A stretch of 59,022 bases of DNA, counting the filler, from Ionaspis alba (lineage: Eukaryota), in NCBI GenBank assembly GCA_964255285.1. It is 2 parts of 2 records of this genome, joined end to end, with 100 filler letters (N's around TTAATTAATTAA, not from the genome) between each part and the next. Parts side by side here need not be neighbours in the genome. Positions count along the whole stretch, not along the records: positions 1 to 29,483 come from CAXUUL010000122.1; 1 more part is not named here. One strand, 5' to 3'. The position numbers and the translations under genes were made by a program. The notes beneath the pieces were generated by a model, which was given only the letters and a program-made list of their open reading frames with translations, had not been told where the DNA came from and searched no databases. Below, one piece after another: positions 12,190 through 23,608 of this stretch (its first letter is position 1; each line of letters opens with the position of its first letter).

Positions 12190-13465
12190 ATGGATACCAA
12201 AATGGATATTGATATTGGCAAAGTACCGGAAGCACACCAGCTCTCCCCTGCGACAGAACCTGCATCAATTCCTACTCTAGACGGCTGGATCGAAAATCTC
12301 ATGAACTGCAAGCAATTGGCAGAAGGCGATGTGCAGAGACTGTGTGATAGAGTGGGTAGCGATGGCACATCCTCCTACGCCCGACCAAGTTCTGTTGCTG
12401 ATTTGTGTCACGGGCAGGCTCGAGAGGTCCTCCAGGAAGAGTCCAACGTGCAACCAGTGGTAGGTACTGTCAAATATCTCCGGATTAAGCGGGCGGAAGC
12501 TGATCAGGCACAACCAGAAATGTCCCGTCACAGTATGTGGTGATATACATGGGCAATTCCACGACCTGATGGAGCTGTTTCGCATTGGAGGTCCCAACCC
12601 GGATACCAACTACCTATTCATGGGTATGCAAATGCGTCTCTGCTTGTTAAGCGCGGGTATTGACAATAGCTCTTCATAGGTGACTACGTTGACCGAGGTT
12701 ATTACTCGGTCGAGACCGTCACCCTGTTGGTCGCGCTCAAAATTCGATACCCCCAACGCATCACAATTTTGCGTGGTAATCACGAGTCGCGTCAGATCAC
12801 GCAAGTCTACGGCTTCTACGACGAATGTCTTCGGAAGTACGGAAATGCCAATGTGTGGAAATCCTTCACGGACCTCTTCGACTACTTACCTTTGACTGCC
12901 CTCATCGACAACCAGATTTTCTGTCTCCACGGAGGCCTCTCACCGAGTATTGACACGCTGGATAATATCAGGGCTTTGGATCGAATACAGGAGGTGCCAC
13001 ATGAGGGTCCCATGTGCGATCTGCTGTGGAGTGATCCTGATGATAGATGTGGATGGGGAATAAGTCCAAGAGGAGCAGGATACACATTCGGGCAGGATAT
13101 TTCAGAAGCCTTCAATCATAACAACGGGTTGACCCTCGTTGCAAGAGCACATCAGCTGGTGATGGAGGGCTATAATTGGAGTCAGGATCGGAATGTGGTT
13201 ACGATATTTTCAGGTGCGATACCTTTTTGGATCATTACTTCTACTGCTCTAACAGGCTACAAAGCGCCGAACTACTGCTACAGATGTGGGAATCAGGCAG
13301 CTATCATGGAGATTGATGAGCATCTCAAGTACACCTTGTAAGTTTTCATCTAGCCTAGCGCCTGTCCGTAAATACTAACAGCAGGCTTATAGCTTACAAT
13401 TCGATCCGTGTCCAAGAGCTGGGGAACCCATGGTTTCTAGACGTACCCCTGATTACTTTTTGTAG
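12190..13465 (+). CDS. PPH21: Serine/threonine protein phosphatase 2A catalytic subunit, 5 introns
   Basis: GDIHGQ, GDYVDRG, LRGNHE and [11 protein letters not shown] motifs, ending in the invariant RTPDYFL* (TAG 13463-13465). Confidence 0.97.
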
Positions 13466-13773
13466 ATTACAGGAGGGAATCAGTTTCCTGTTTACGTTCG
13501 GCAGCCTGATAGATGCTAGATATGCATTTTAGAGAAGGCAAAAGCCCTTGGGGTTTGATGCGCGCACAGCTCGATCTTCGGGCATGTCTACCAATGAAGC
13601 AGAACGACGACCATGCTATCCATGAGGCTCGTGTCAAAATGTCATAAAATTGAAAATTCATGCATGAAAGATTCACACCTGCTTGTATGCGGCCAGAAAA
13701 TCTCATCAGGTACGCTCTGAATTGACTGCCGGAATATCACACACCTTCTGCTTCCAGTCCACTTCTTAGCGGT

Positions 13774-14155
13774 TTACCGAGTCTCCTTCCGGACCAGTAT
13801 TGTTTGACATGTGCGCCCATCGACTTCTGTCGTTGTGATTAGAGCGCTAGCTACATGTCAACACAAAGTCCCAAAGATAATAGTCGCGAAAATAGGAGGT
13901 GATACCGACGGTGGAATGGTGTACCGCTATTGCTGTCCACCAGCCCTTCTGGGCAGTGAACGGCAGCCATGAGAGATGGTCCTCACATCTGATTTTCAAC
14001 CAGATCGATATTTGAGGAATTATGTGTATATTGTTGCCACCGTCAGATTCGACCTCGGTAGTATGGCGAACGCGTAGCTCGTGTCCACCGAAGTGAAGAT
14101 TTAATGCCAAAGTCCATCGGGGTACGTCGCCTCCATTGTAATTCGAATCTGCCAT
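13774..14155 (-). CDS. Possible small hypothetical protein (one predicted intron)
   Basis: ATG-started ORF with a plausible GTATCA..CTAAT..CAG intron leading to an in-frame stop at 13774. No recognisable domain. Confidence 0.2.
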
Positions 14156-15192
14156 CAGTCCGCATCAACACTCTTCTCACTGCCTACAGCACAGCGGCTT
14201 AGTGTCAGTGTCATCCGTATCCGGTAACTTTGAGAAAACGACGATCTGAAGGTTTTCTATCTCAGGGATACGTCATCGAGAGTAGAGCATTTTTAATCCA
14301 AGACAGGGGTATGGCCAAAGCCTTAGACGCAAAACATTGAAGGTTCATCTCTTTTCTGATGCCACGAACAAGCAGCTGAGGGACGAGGCATAATTATTGG
14401 GATCAGAGGGATAACATCCTAGAGGGAGAAGGGCATCGGCTAGACTTGGTTCGAAAGTACAAAACAGGGAATAGGGCTGCAGTGTGGAACGCCCACGAGG
14501 ACACAGACCGAGCCATCTCCAGGACCGCATCGATTATAAAGGTGGTGTAAAGTCCTGTCCTTGGTCGTTGAGGTATGTGTACGACACGCGACGCATGAGT
14601 CAGGTGATATGCTGCACTTCTGCTTAGAGACAGAATAGCATGAAATGGATAGATAAGCGTGATGGGGTGATTTGGCCTATCAAACAGCCCTTTCCATTGC
14701 ACGGAGGCAGCGAGACGCAGGTAGAGCCATTCGCGGCACGCAGAAATCGAAAACACTTCAAAGTATCGTGAAAGTTGAACGAAGAGCTCTTCCTACAAGC
14801 AATCTTCTAATGTGAATCTGATATTCTTAAAGGCTTTACCATTCGTTCAAAAACATCATATTTGGCTGATAAAGTCAATTTATACATAGAATCAGGAGCA
14901 CATCTCTCGGACCTTTTGGTGCTTTTACCGCGAGTCTTACATATGCGTTTTGGGAAGCTCGTAAGAATGACAATTCTTTATCTAGTAAATGGTGTAAGGT
15001 CGGGGAAAAGGTGAGCTAATAAGGGGGCCGCTTAGGGCATCTCACCTTTATCGATAGCTCTCCACGCTAGGCTGCCGCCAGAACTCGTCATATACCACAT
15101 GTGCTTGAATTGTCCTAGAATACAAACATCTCTAGCTCTCACTTCAGTCTACACAGCTCAACAACGACAACATTTGTCCATCGAACATAAAG

Positions 15193-16499
15193 ATGACAGC
15201 TAATCGAGCAAATCCGCTGAGTGCCAGCTCCCTCACTCGCTTCATGACCGCCAGCCTGCCTAAGTCGACAGATACGCAGCTTCGTAATCCCTATGATACA
15301 ATAGCCTTACTTTGCCATGCCTGCATGATAGCAGTGGGCTTCCGGCTTATAGGTTTAGGTGAAGAGCATAAGATAGGTAGAAGAACACCACCTTTGACGG
15401 CCGACAGGGAGGATACAACGGTCCAGCTGCTCACTATTGTTAGAAGCCCCTTCTGAAGCCGACAGCACAACGCAACTACCGGAAGAGTGGAACGCTGCGA
15501 AATCATCCGATTACGCTTTCCGATACGCCCACACGCAGTCCTCTCTACACTACTTAGTCAAGGTCAGCAGGCTAGGAGGTAAAGCCGTGATCAACGGTCT
15601 GGGCGTTGGTGACGACAAAGTGCAATCCGTCGATATACCGGTCAAAGACTTCATCTCCGAGTCTTCGCTTCCCTACACCATGCCAGAGGTTGCCGAGGAA
15701 ACTCAGATCGCTCGCTCTCTTCAGGACCTTTTCATTTCGGAAGGCAGAATAACCGACTTTGCCAGCCTGTTGAAGGTTAATATCATCCAGAAATTGGCGC
15801 CAAGTTTGCAAAAGGAAGGATATGAGGAGTCGGCCCATGCTGCAAGTCAAGCAGCGGCCGACAGTCAAGGGCAACCAGGTGTGCGCCGCGAGCCGGACGA
15901 ATCCGTCCGCGATCCTCTTCGCGACCATCGCCAACCCCTTCCTGCTCAACCTCGACCTTATGGCGGTCCTTTGCCAGCGAGTCCGCGAAGACCCTTTCCC
16001 ACCGGTGACTTCCCACCACCTGATTTTGAAGACGAGTATGAGATCAATAGACCGATGGGAGGAGGAGAGCGACATCCACTAAATATCGGTGAAAGAGATT
16101 TGTATCCTCCGGGGCTTGGGCCTCATGATCCGCTACGTAGCGGCGGCTATGGTCCATTTGGCGGTATTGGCGGCGGTGGGATGCATCCTACATTCGATGA
16201 TCCGATGTTCGGTGGCCACGGGGGCGCTGGCGTTCCTAGATGGGACAGTAGGTAAGCATGAATTTGCCCTCGATATGACTTGAATCTGCAGTACAATCAA
16301 TCACATGGAATTGGTTGAAAGCTAATAGTATTTTAGGGCCCCGCCTGGTGCCCGATACGATCCAGTTGGGCCCGGAGATGGTCTTCCAAACCCTCGTGGT
16401 GGTCCACAATTTCCTGGCACTGGCGGAAGACCGCATGGGTCGAGGGGTGGAGGAGGACCGAATCCATTTGGTGGATTCAGTGGGAACGACTTTATCTAA
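15193..16499 (+). CDS. Proteasome inhibitor PI31 (Fub1/PSMF1 family), 2 introns
   Basis: FP domain (HACMIAVGFRLIGLGE, YAFRYAHTQSS), Pro/Gly-rich tail with IGERDLYPPG, GGMHPTFDDP and PPGARYDPVGP, ending NPFGGFSGNDFI*. Confidence 0.92.
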
Positions 16500-19400
16500 A
16501 GTGATGCGTGAAGATTACGGTTCTGTGTACGCGGCATAGCGTTTGTGCGATCATTTTACTTGAGGTACGGTCTACCTGGGCACGGTCGATTCTGCATTGC
16601 CACCTGTCAGATGGTAGCACAAGCATGCCGTTGACACCATTTTGAAGGAAACTTTATCTAGTCTATATGTCAAACGTCAACTCGCAAGACTGTCGATTTT
16701 CTGGCGGGCTCATGTATATGTGCCATTCTTCCTACCCTTTTGAGACGAGGACTCGAGTTAACTGGAAGTCCTTGCATCATCATGCTATGATCTTTACGCC
16801 ATGCAAAGATGCGGGACGATGGATGCTGAGTAGTTACGAACCAATGTGATCCGGCGAGGCGTTCATTACAAGATATGGGAGGTCGCAGTGGGAGGAGATG
16901 CTGGTTCCTTATTGGAACGCAATCAGATAGAGTATAGTTAAGGTTGGAGGCCAAAAGCAAAAACCCTAGAGTTGTCCATAGATACTCCTATTAGCGCTTT
17001 ATACGCATACTTATTCTAATAATGCGCCCTACGTCTTCTGTTGACTGCATGCCTTGGGAAAGAACGTGGCCGACCAGAAGCGCCACCAACAGCGGACTTG
17101 ATCAATACGTTTTCCGATTGGCTGCTATCAAGGCTTTCCTGTCTGCTAGCAAGCAGCACAGGGTAATGACTGCTCTCCCATAAATGCAGATGCAATAGCA
17201 ATACACGTGTGCCGCTGTTATATCTTGGTATGGAGTTTCTTGCTTTACTTGCTCATCAGGTCCACGTATCAGTGGCAGTGGAAATACTAGCCCGCTCAAA
17301 TGCCATCGTTGTTCATTCTCAAAGCTGGTTTTCCTGGTTGAAATCTTGGGCCTGATCAGGTAGGTTGCTCGATCGAACCTAGACGACTCACGGAGATCTC
17401 AAATATTGGCTAAGGGAATTCTAGCAACAAGCATCGCTAGATAGACACACCCTTACAATCAAGTAGGGAGACTGTGTACGGAGTACAAGTATTTGCGTAA
17501 GAGCCAACCGGCTATCATCTCCGCTCCCTGCTCCCACACAGGCCCAGAAGCGATCATTTCCCATGGACTGAAAATGGAGTACATGTCGTAATCTTCCTTA
17601 CAACAGTCGCCGACCACCGACACAACCATCTTTTGGGTGCACTTCCTGGGGAGGCTTGGACTGATACTCTTTCCAAGCTGGGGCTGCGTGCCAATTCCCA
17701 GTAGGGGCGGGATCGCCCACACGAGGAGCATGCGGCAACGGTTGCCTAGCGAATTTACTGCTTCTCGGATTCGACCGCTTCTGTCTCCGTTACCTCCATT
17801 GCAATCTTGTCTGCCGTCCTGTTTGACTGCCTTAGACCAACCCCAAGGCAAAAGGACGCCCGATCGAAGTATGTAACGTATCGAAACCAGACCACTCCGA
17901 GCTCAGCATGAGCTCAGCGAGCCTGCATACATCGCGCATGTGCTACGACCCCGTGCAATGCACCTTTTCCCTGCTTTCCCTCCCCCTGCAGCGTCTACTC
18001 CCTCCCCCAGCTCCAACTTCGCCTCTACTACGCGCGCCCCCCGCTTCTCGGCCCCCAATCCACTCAAAAGATGGCATGGCCCACCACTGCCACCAGTGAT
18101 ACTTCCCATAAGCGCCGGAGCTACCCACCAGCCATTTCTCGCATCCCGGCTTTCGCTGCTCCTGCCAATCGCTATCTCTTCCACAGGTTGCGCCTTGCTC
18201 CCGCAAGGGCCCACGTGCGTCTTACCAGGGGCATACTACCCCTTGCTGAACTCTCTTTGCTCTCCCTTGGAAATCCTCCATCCCTGCCAGCTGAGTCGGT
18301 GGGATCGGCGTTCAGAGCCAGCCTTGTTCGGGAGGTGATCACTTGTGTTGTCTGGCACGTCGACTGGGAAGGCGGATTGGGTGACATGAAGTGTGTGTCT
18401 CTTCCAGCTGAGTAGTCGGGTCAGCAAGAAAAACATATGATACACGGTCTTGATTGTGATTGGCCATTCACCAGCAATTCTACTAAACCAGCCAATCACA
18501 GCATTCAATGCCCATCCGAGTCGACATCCTTCGAAATAATCCTCTCGAGACAAGAAGAGATTCGGCCCCCACAGCGCGATCCTTCCGGCTCACAGCCGAA
18601 AAGGACTTGGCTTGGGATCTGGATCACCGTTGACACATCAAGGATGTGAGTTCCAACATCTTTGAGGTCGGGCTCCGGGCATGCTGGTTGGTTGACGAGC
18701 AGGGACCAAGGGCGTCGCAGGACCGTTGGGTATGGGAGGGACGGGATGCGAAAGCGAAGGACATTCGCATATCATGGCATGGCGTCGCAGGGCAATCAGC
18801 GTTGTAAGGCAAATGCCGGGTCCTGGAGAAGAGAAGCAGTGGGTGCATGAAGATGATGATGTGCGTATCGATCGAGGAGGAGGATCGAGGATTGGAAGCC
18901 TTATGGTGGAGTAAGGATCCTCGTGGCCTGCGTTGTCGCGAGAGCGAGGTTGGTGGAGGATTTGGCCGGACATTGCTCTGTGAGCTTATGATCATGATGC
19001 AGTGGTGATCGGCTCTTAGTTTTGTTTGAGAGTCAGCATCTAGACTGCGGGAGACACCGGCCCTCTACAGACGAGGTGGTGTAGTGGTAGGTGAGTTTTC
19101 CAAATCGCGAGCACTTGGCGTTGGATGCCTTCTTTCTTCGTGTGCGCATCTCAACTTTGGTAGTTTAAATTACCACCGTGCAATTTCGATAACGTGGTCA
19201 GCTCATTTCCGCGCACATCTCACGTCAACGATAGAGGATCATAGCANNNNNNNNNNNNNNNNNNNNNNNNNNNNNNNNNNNNNNNNNNNNNNNNNNNNNN
19301 NNNNNNNNNNNNNNNNNNNNNNNNNNNNNNNNNNNNNNNNNNNNNNAGAGCCAACAACAACAGCAGCCCTGTCGAAGAAGAGTAATAATGCATCGACACG

Positions 19401-19884
19401 CAGTAGTGGTAATAATAGTGGTAGAAGGAGTAGTCGAAGTGCGTGGAGGGATGAGCTGGAAGCCAAGGCAAGCAAGTCGGATGACATAATAATGTCCCCG
19501 CAAGCAGGCGGGCTTGGCGAACTCCCCCTTCGAGTCTAGGCGGATCCAAGCCGCTCCCGTTTTAGAATTCCGTCCCATCGTAAATCTGAAACGTACACAG
19601 CCTCGTTCCCAACGCCTCCAGGAGGTGTAGCAAAATAAACTCCACAGGCTGAATCGAACCAACACAGCCTTCAAGCAGGCTAGCAGGAAAAGCCAATGAC
19701 GGGAAAACACAAATAATCACGTAAAAGGCGATGGTGCGAAAAATGATCGTCTGTTGGCTGATTGGCGCATTGGCTAATTCGGGCTGATTGGTGGATTCCC
19801 ACGACAATCAGCCGAGTACCTGGAAGAATCCGGTCCTACTCAGCTCGCATGCCCTATCACGTCAGCCGCTGGGACGATTGGCTG

Positions 19885-21242
19885 TCAGGTTGCATAGGCT
19901 GGTGATGACATTGGCGCCATGGGTTGGCTAGCTCCCGCGTACTCTGGACGTGCGAATTGTGGAAACGTCGGGTTGGAGGTGGCAGAAGTCGGAGGGGCCA
20001 TGGGAGAGCTCTGAGGCATGCCGACGCTGAAGGACCGCGGGCGGGGTGCGAAGTTGGAGAAAGACCATCGCTGGGGGGCTGCGGCCACAGACGAGTCTCG
20101 AATTCCCAGCTCGAATCGTTTGGGACAACCGTCTTCCGTGTGTCGGCGGAGGGTATCTCGGCGAGCAAAGCGGTTGCCGCATAGAGCGCATTTGTGGTTA
20201 CGAGCCTTCAAGTGAACCTGAAGAGCGAGGGTAAGCAGAGTAAATTGATGACTCCGGTGACAGACGAAAGGGAGGAAATTCTTACGCTATCGTAGTGTCT
20301 GTCAAGATCGGTCTTCCTTTGGAACTTCTTCGTGCAAGGCGTGCTTCCGACCATTGCCGTGCAAGGATGCGGGTACTTGCGCTCGGGATTGTGCGTCTCC
20401 ATGTGGGATTTCCAGTTGTAGCTACGCTTGAACAGCTTCCCGCAGACGCGGCACTCGTGCGTCGCCTCCTCCGGAGTGGTTCGCTGTCGCTTCTTCTTGA
20501 TGCGCGTTCCACTCGGCAAGATGGGCTGAACGTCGAATCGCGGGACTTTACCATCGGAGCCTGCGGCGAGCTCGGTAATGTAGCCGGTCGTGTCTATTTT
20601 CGCCCACTCCGCGGGCTGGTTGCGGTAGATGTCTTCGGTCTGCGAGGCCAGAGTGGTCACGCCGTTGCTGTAATTCAGGGAACCTTGCGCCGACAGAGCC
20701 CGCTGAAGGACGTGCTCGTTGTTGGCCGAAGGATACCATTCACCAGCTTCTTCCACCTTCACTCGTGGAGTATAGGCGCATTCGGATCCGCTCTGGGAAT
20801 AGGCTTCGGATGCTGCGTATGATGACGAAGAGACCGAGCCACGGTGAGACTGGACGTTGGAGCGTGGAGGGGTTTGGCAGAATTCCAGACCCGGTGCTTC
20901 TGGTGAATGTGCACCTACCATAGCCGTAGTGGAGGACGTGGGATAGCCCGAGAAAGGATCGAACGCGGCGGAGAAGATGTCCGGAGGCTGTGATGGCTGC
21001 GAATAGTCCTGCTCCATGAGTGGGGAATGGGACCAATGCTCCGAAGCCGGTGAGATCTCTTGCACGGTCGTTTGAGTCGGAGCCATTGAGCAGGGAAATA
21101 GACCGAGTCCACGGTTCGAGGCGTCGTGAGGCGAGAGCGACTCGGAGTTTGGAGAAGAGGGAAAGCCTTGCCTCTGTGCTGGAAAGGTCTGCTTCTCTTG
21201 CCTCTGGTATGGAGATACTGGTGATCGCATGATTTGAGCCAT
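19885..21242 (-). CDS. C2H2 zinc-finger transcription factor, ZfpA-like, 1 intron
   Basis: Three fingers (CRVCGKLFKRSYNWKSHMETH, CTKKFQRKTDLDRHYDSVH, CALCGNRFARRDTLRRH) after a basic NLS KKKRQR. Intron at about 20217-20285. The ZfpA resemblance is from memory. Confidence 0.9.
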
Positions 21243-23245
21243 TGCTCGAGGCCTGGCAGTGATGCTTGGCACGCGAGTATAAGTTGTGGTGTTGTATTTG
21301 CGGTTCGGCCCTGTTCGACGGATGCTGATAGTGTGGATAGTAGGATAAGGAGAATGGAGGAAGCGGGAGACAGACGTTGGGTGAGGTACAGCAAGACGTT
21401 ATATGATCCAATTCGGAGGAGGCAGAGAAAGAAAACAGATGGTCTGTGTTTAGAATCGGGGGCTGTGAGGATGGATGGGGAAGGGTACGCAGGATGAGGT
21501 AGGTGTGGAAGATATATATGTACCCGTTCCTGAAAAGCAGGCAAAGCGGGCGATGAAGGGTGCCTGACTGGGGGGAGGGGGGGAGGGGTGGATGTAGCGA
21601 ACGGCTCAGGATTCGAGGAGTGAAGGGCAGGATGAGCAGCAATAGCAGCAATAGCAGCAGCCATAATCTTTTTTCCATTATTTGGAGGCAGGGGACGAAG
21701 AGCGTGTCAGCAATCCTGGCTCGAAGCTGCAGCAGGCTTGCCAGAGTCATTTTTGGCTTTTGCTCCAGGGCTGGGACGGTTTGCCCTAACGCAACGGGTA
21801 GGACCTGAGCGAGTCGATGTCCTCCATAACTCGCACAGCTGCGTATCTGTGGACAAGGGCGTAAATACCTGGGAGACAGATGGTGGAGACAACAGTAGTG
21901 GTAAAAAGGTAAAGGCGGCACCGCCCATCGATCAGCCATCCGGCATCAGAACGTCTAGTGATCCAGGAGATACGCTTTGGTACGGGAAAGCCATGCGATT
22001 GCGAATGGCCAACCAGTAGCGTACTGGTATGCGTCGAGTCGTGTAGCTGGTGGAGAGATGGATGGGAAAGGTGCATGTGCATGAGCTAAGCATGGCGGGA
22101 AGGCCGCCCCTGTTTAGTTCCGACGCAGCTAAAATAGCGGACTGTTGGTGCCAGGGACAGGGATGCGTCGGAGGGACATTCGGGGCATCGGGGGGCATTT
22201 GGGGGCTGGTCATAGGCAGCGTCCAACCAGGCTGACACTCTGAAAGAAAAGCACTTCCCGTCACTACAGCACTCCTACCACCACCTACTACTATTCAGTA
22301 GTGGCTTCTTCCTCGGTGTGGTGCGCAGTGCGAGAAAACGGGACCGACACCCAATCAATGATTCCTCTTCTGTCCAACCCTGCTTTGAACAGCAAGGCGC
22401 AGCTTTCGAGTCTTGTTATTATTACTTATTTACAGCATCATTGCATCGTAGCACAACAACAATGACAATAACCAGTGCAGAGGTATGCAGTTGTGCTAAA
22501 TATCTGAAACCACTCCAGGGTGGATTTATGAAACCTCGTGCAAGTAGGATGTAGAGATGGTAATCATCTTGTCCATCTTCCGCTTCACCCATTGTTGCCC
22601 CTCCCTCCCATACTGAGCATCAACACTCTATCTGGTTCTATTCCGTGTCGTGGTCCCTGTCAGACGTTTGGAGTTTACTGGCATCTTGTGGTGAGGATGC
22701 CTCTCTATGTCGTTGGTCGTAGGGATCATCTCCTCCTGGCTGTCACGATGATCAGTGCTTCGAAGTCTCCCGGATGATTGCCATGTGCAAGGGCTTGGCT
22801 TGTCCGGACTTGCAATCCAACCTGTATGCTCAGACTACGGGCCTATCGTTCGTATGCGACGGCTTAAGCGTGTGATTTAGAATTGCTTCGACCCGTGCCG
22901 TGTCAGTAGTGATCGCTACCAACTCGGCGGTCGCTCGGCCTTGATCGGCGTCCATCCCGAAAAACGTGGCCGCGCAGGGTCTCGCGGAAGGCTCATACGG
23001 AGTGCGTGCAGTATGCACCCAAACCACACAGTCTGTCAATCCGACTACTACGACATACTACTCGAGTCTAAATGTTGTCTACTGTACTGTATGTATGTAC
23101 TTACTGCGTAGGCACATTTACTGATGCACTATCCTAATGCGATGCACAATCTCATCTTCTGAAACCCCGAGTCCCACCCCCGTTACATCCTCAGACTCGT
23201 GTAACATCCAATAGCAGCACATACGGTTGCGTATCTCGCACACAC

Positions 23246-23266
23246 CACACACACACACACACACAC
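23246..23266. repeat. (CA)n microsatellite
   Basis: About 10 CA units read directly. Partly duplicated after the adjacent gap. Confidence 0.9.
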
Positions 23267-23608
23267 TCACGTTCATGACTATCCCAGGAAGCCAGGGGAT
23301 GTTCGCCCCNNNNNNNNNNNNNNNNNNNNNNNNNNNNNNNNNNNNNNNNNNNNNNNNNNNNNNNNNNNNNNNNNNNNNNNNNNNNNNNNNNNNNNNNNNN
23401 NNNNNNNNNACACACACACACTCACGTTCATGACTATCCCAGGAAGCCAGGGGATGTTCGCCCCCCCTTCCTTCCTTCAAGTCACCATCTCCAGGTAATT
23501 GATTACATGTCACGATGACCTCGATGATGCCCCAACACCCACACCCACATGCTGACACCACAACAACCACCGTCACCACCTCTAGGACCCCATGTTCGCG
23601 TTCTGTCA

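Noticed and set aside
20295..20822. 175-aa plus-strand ORF
   Set aside because: Antisense shadow of the GC-rich C2H2 gene.
23256..23463. Direct repeat flanking the gap next to the (CA)n tract
   Set aside because: Same contig-overlap artefact, probably triggered by the microsatellite.
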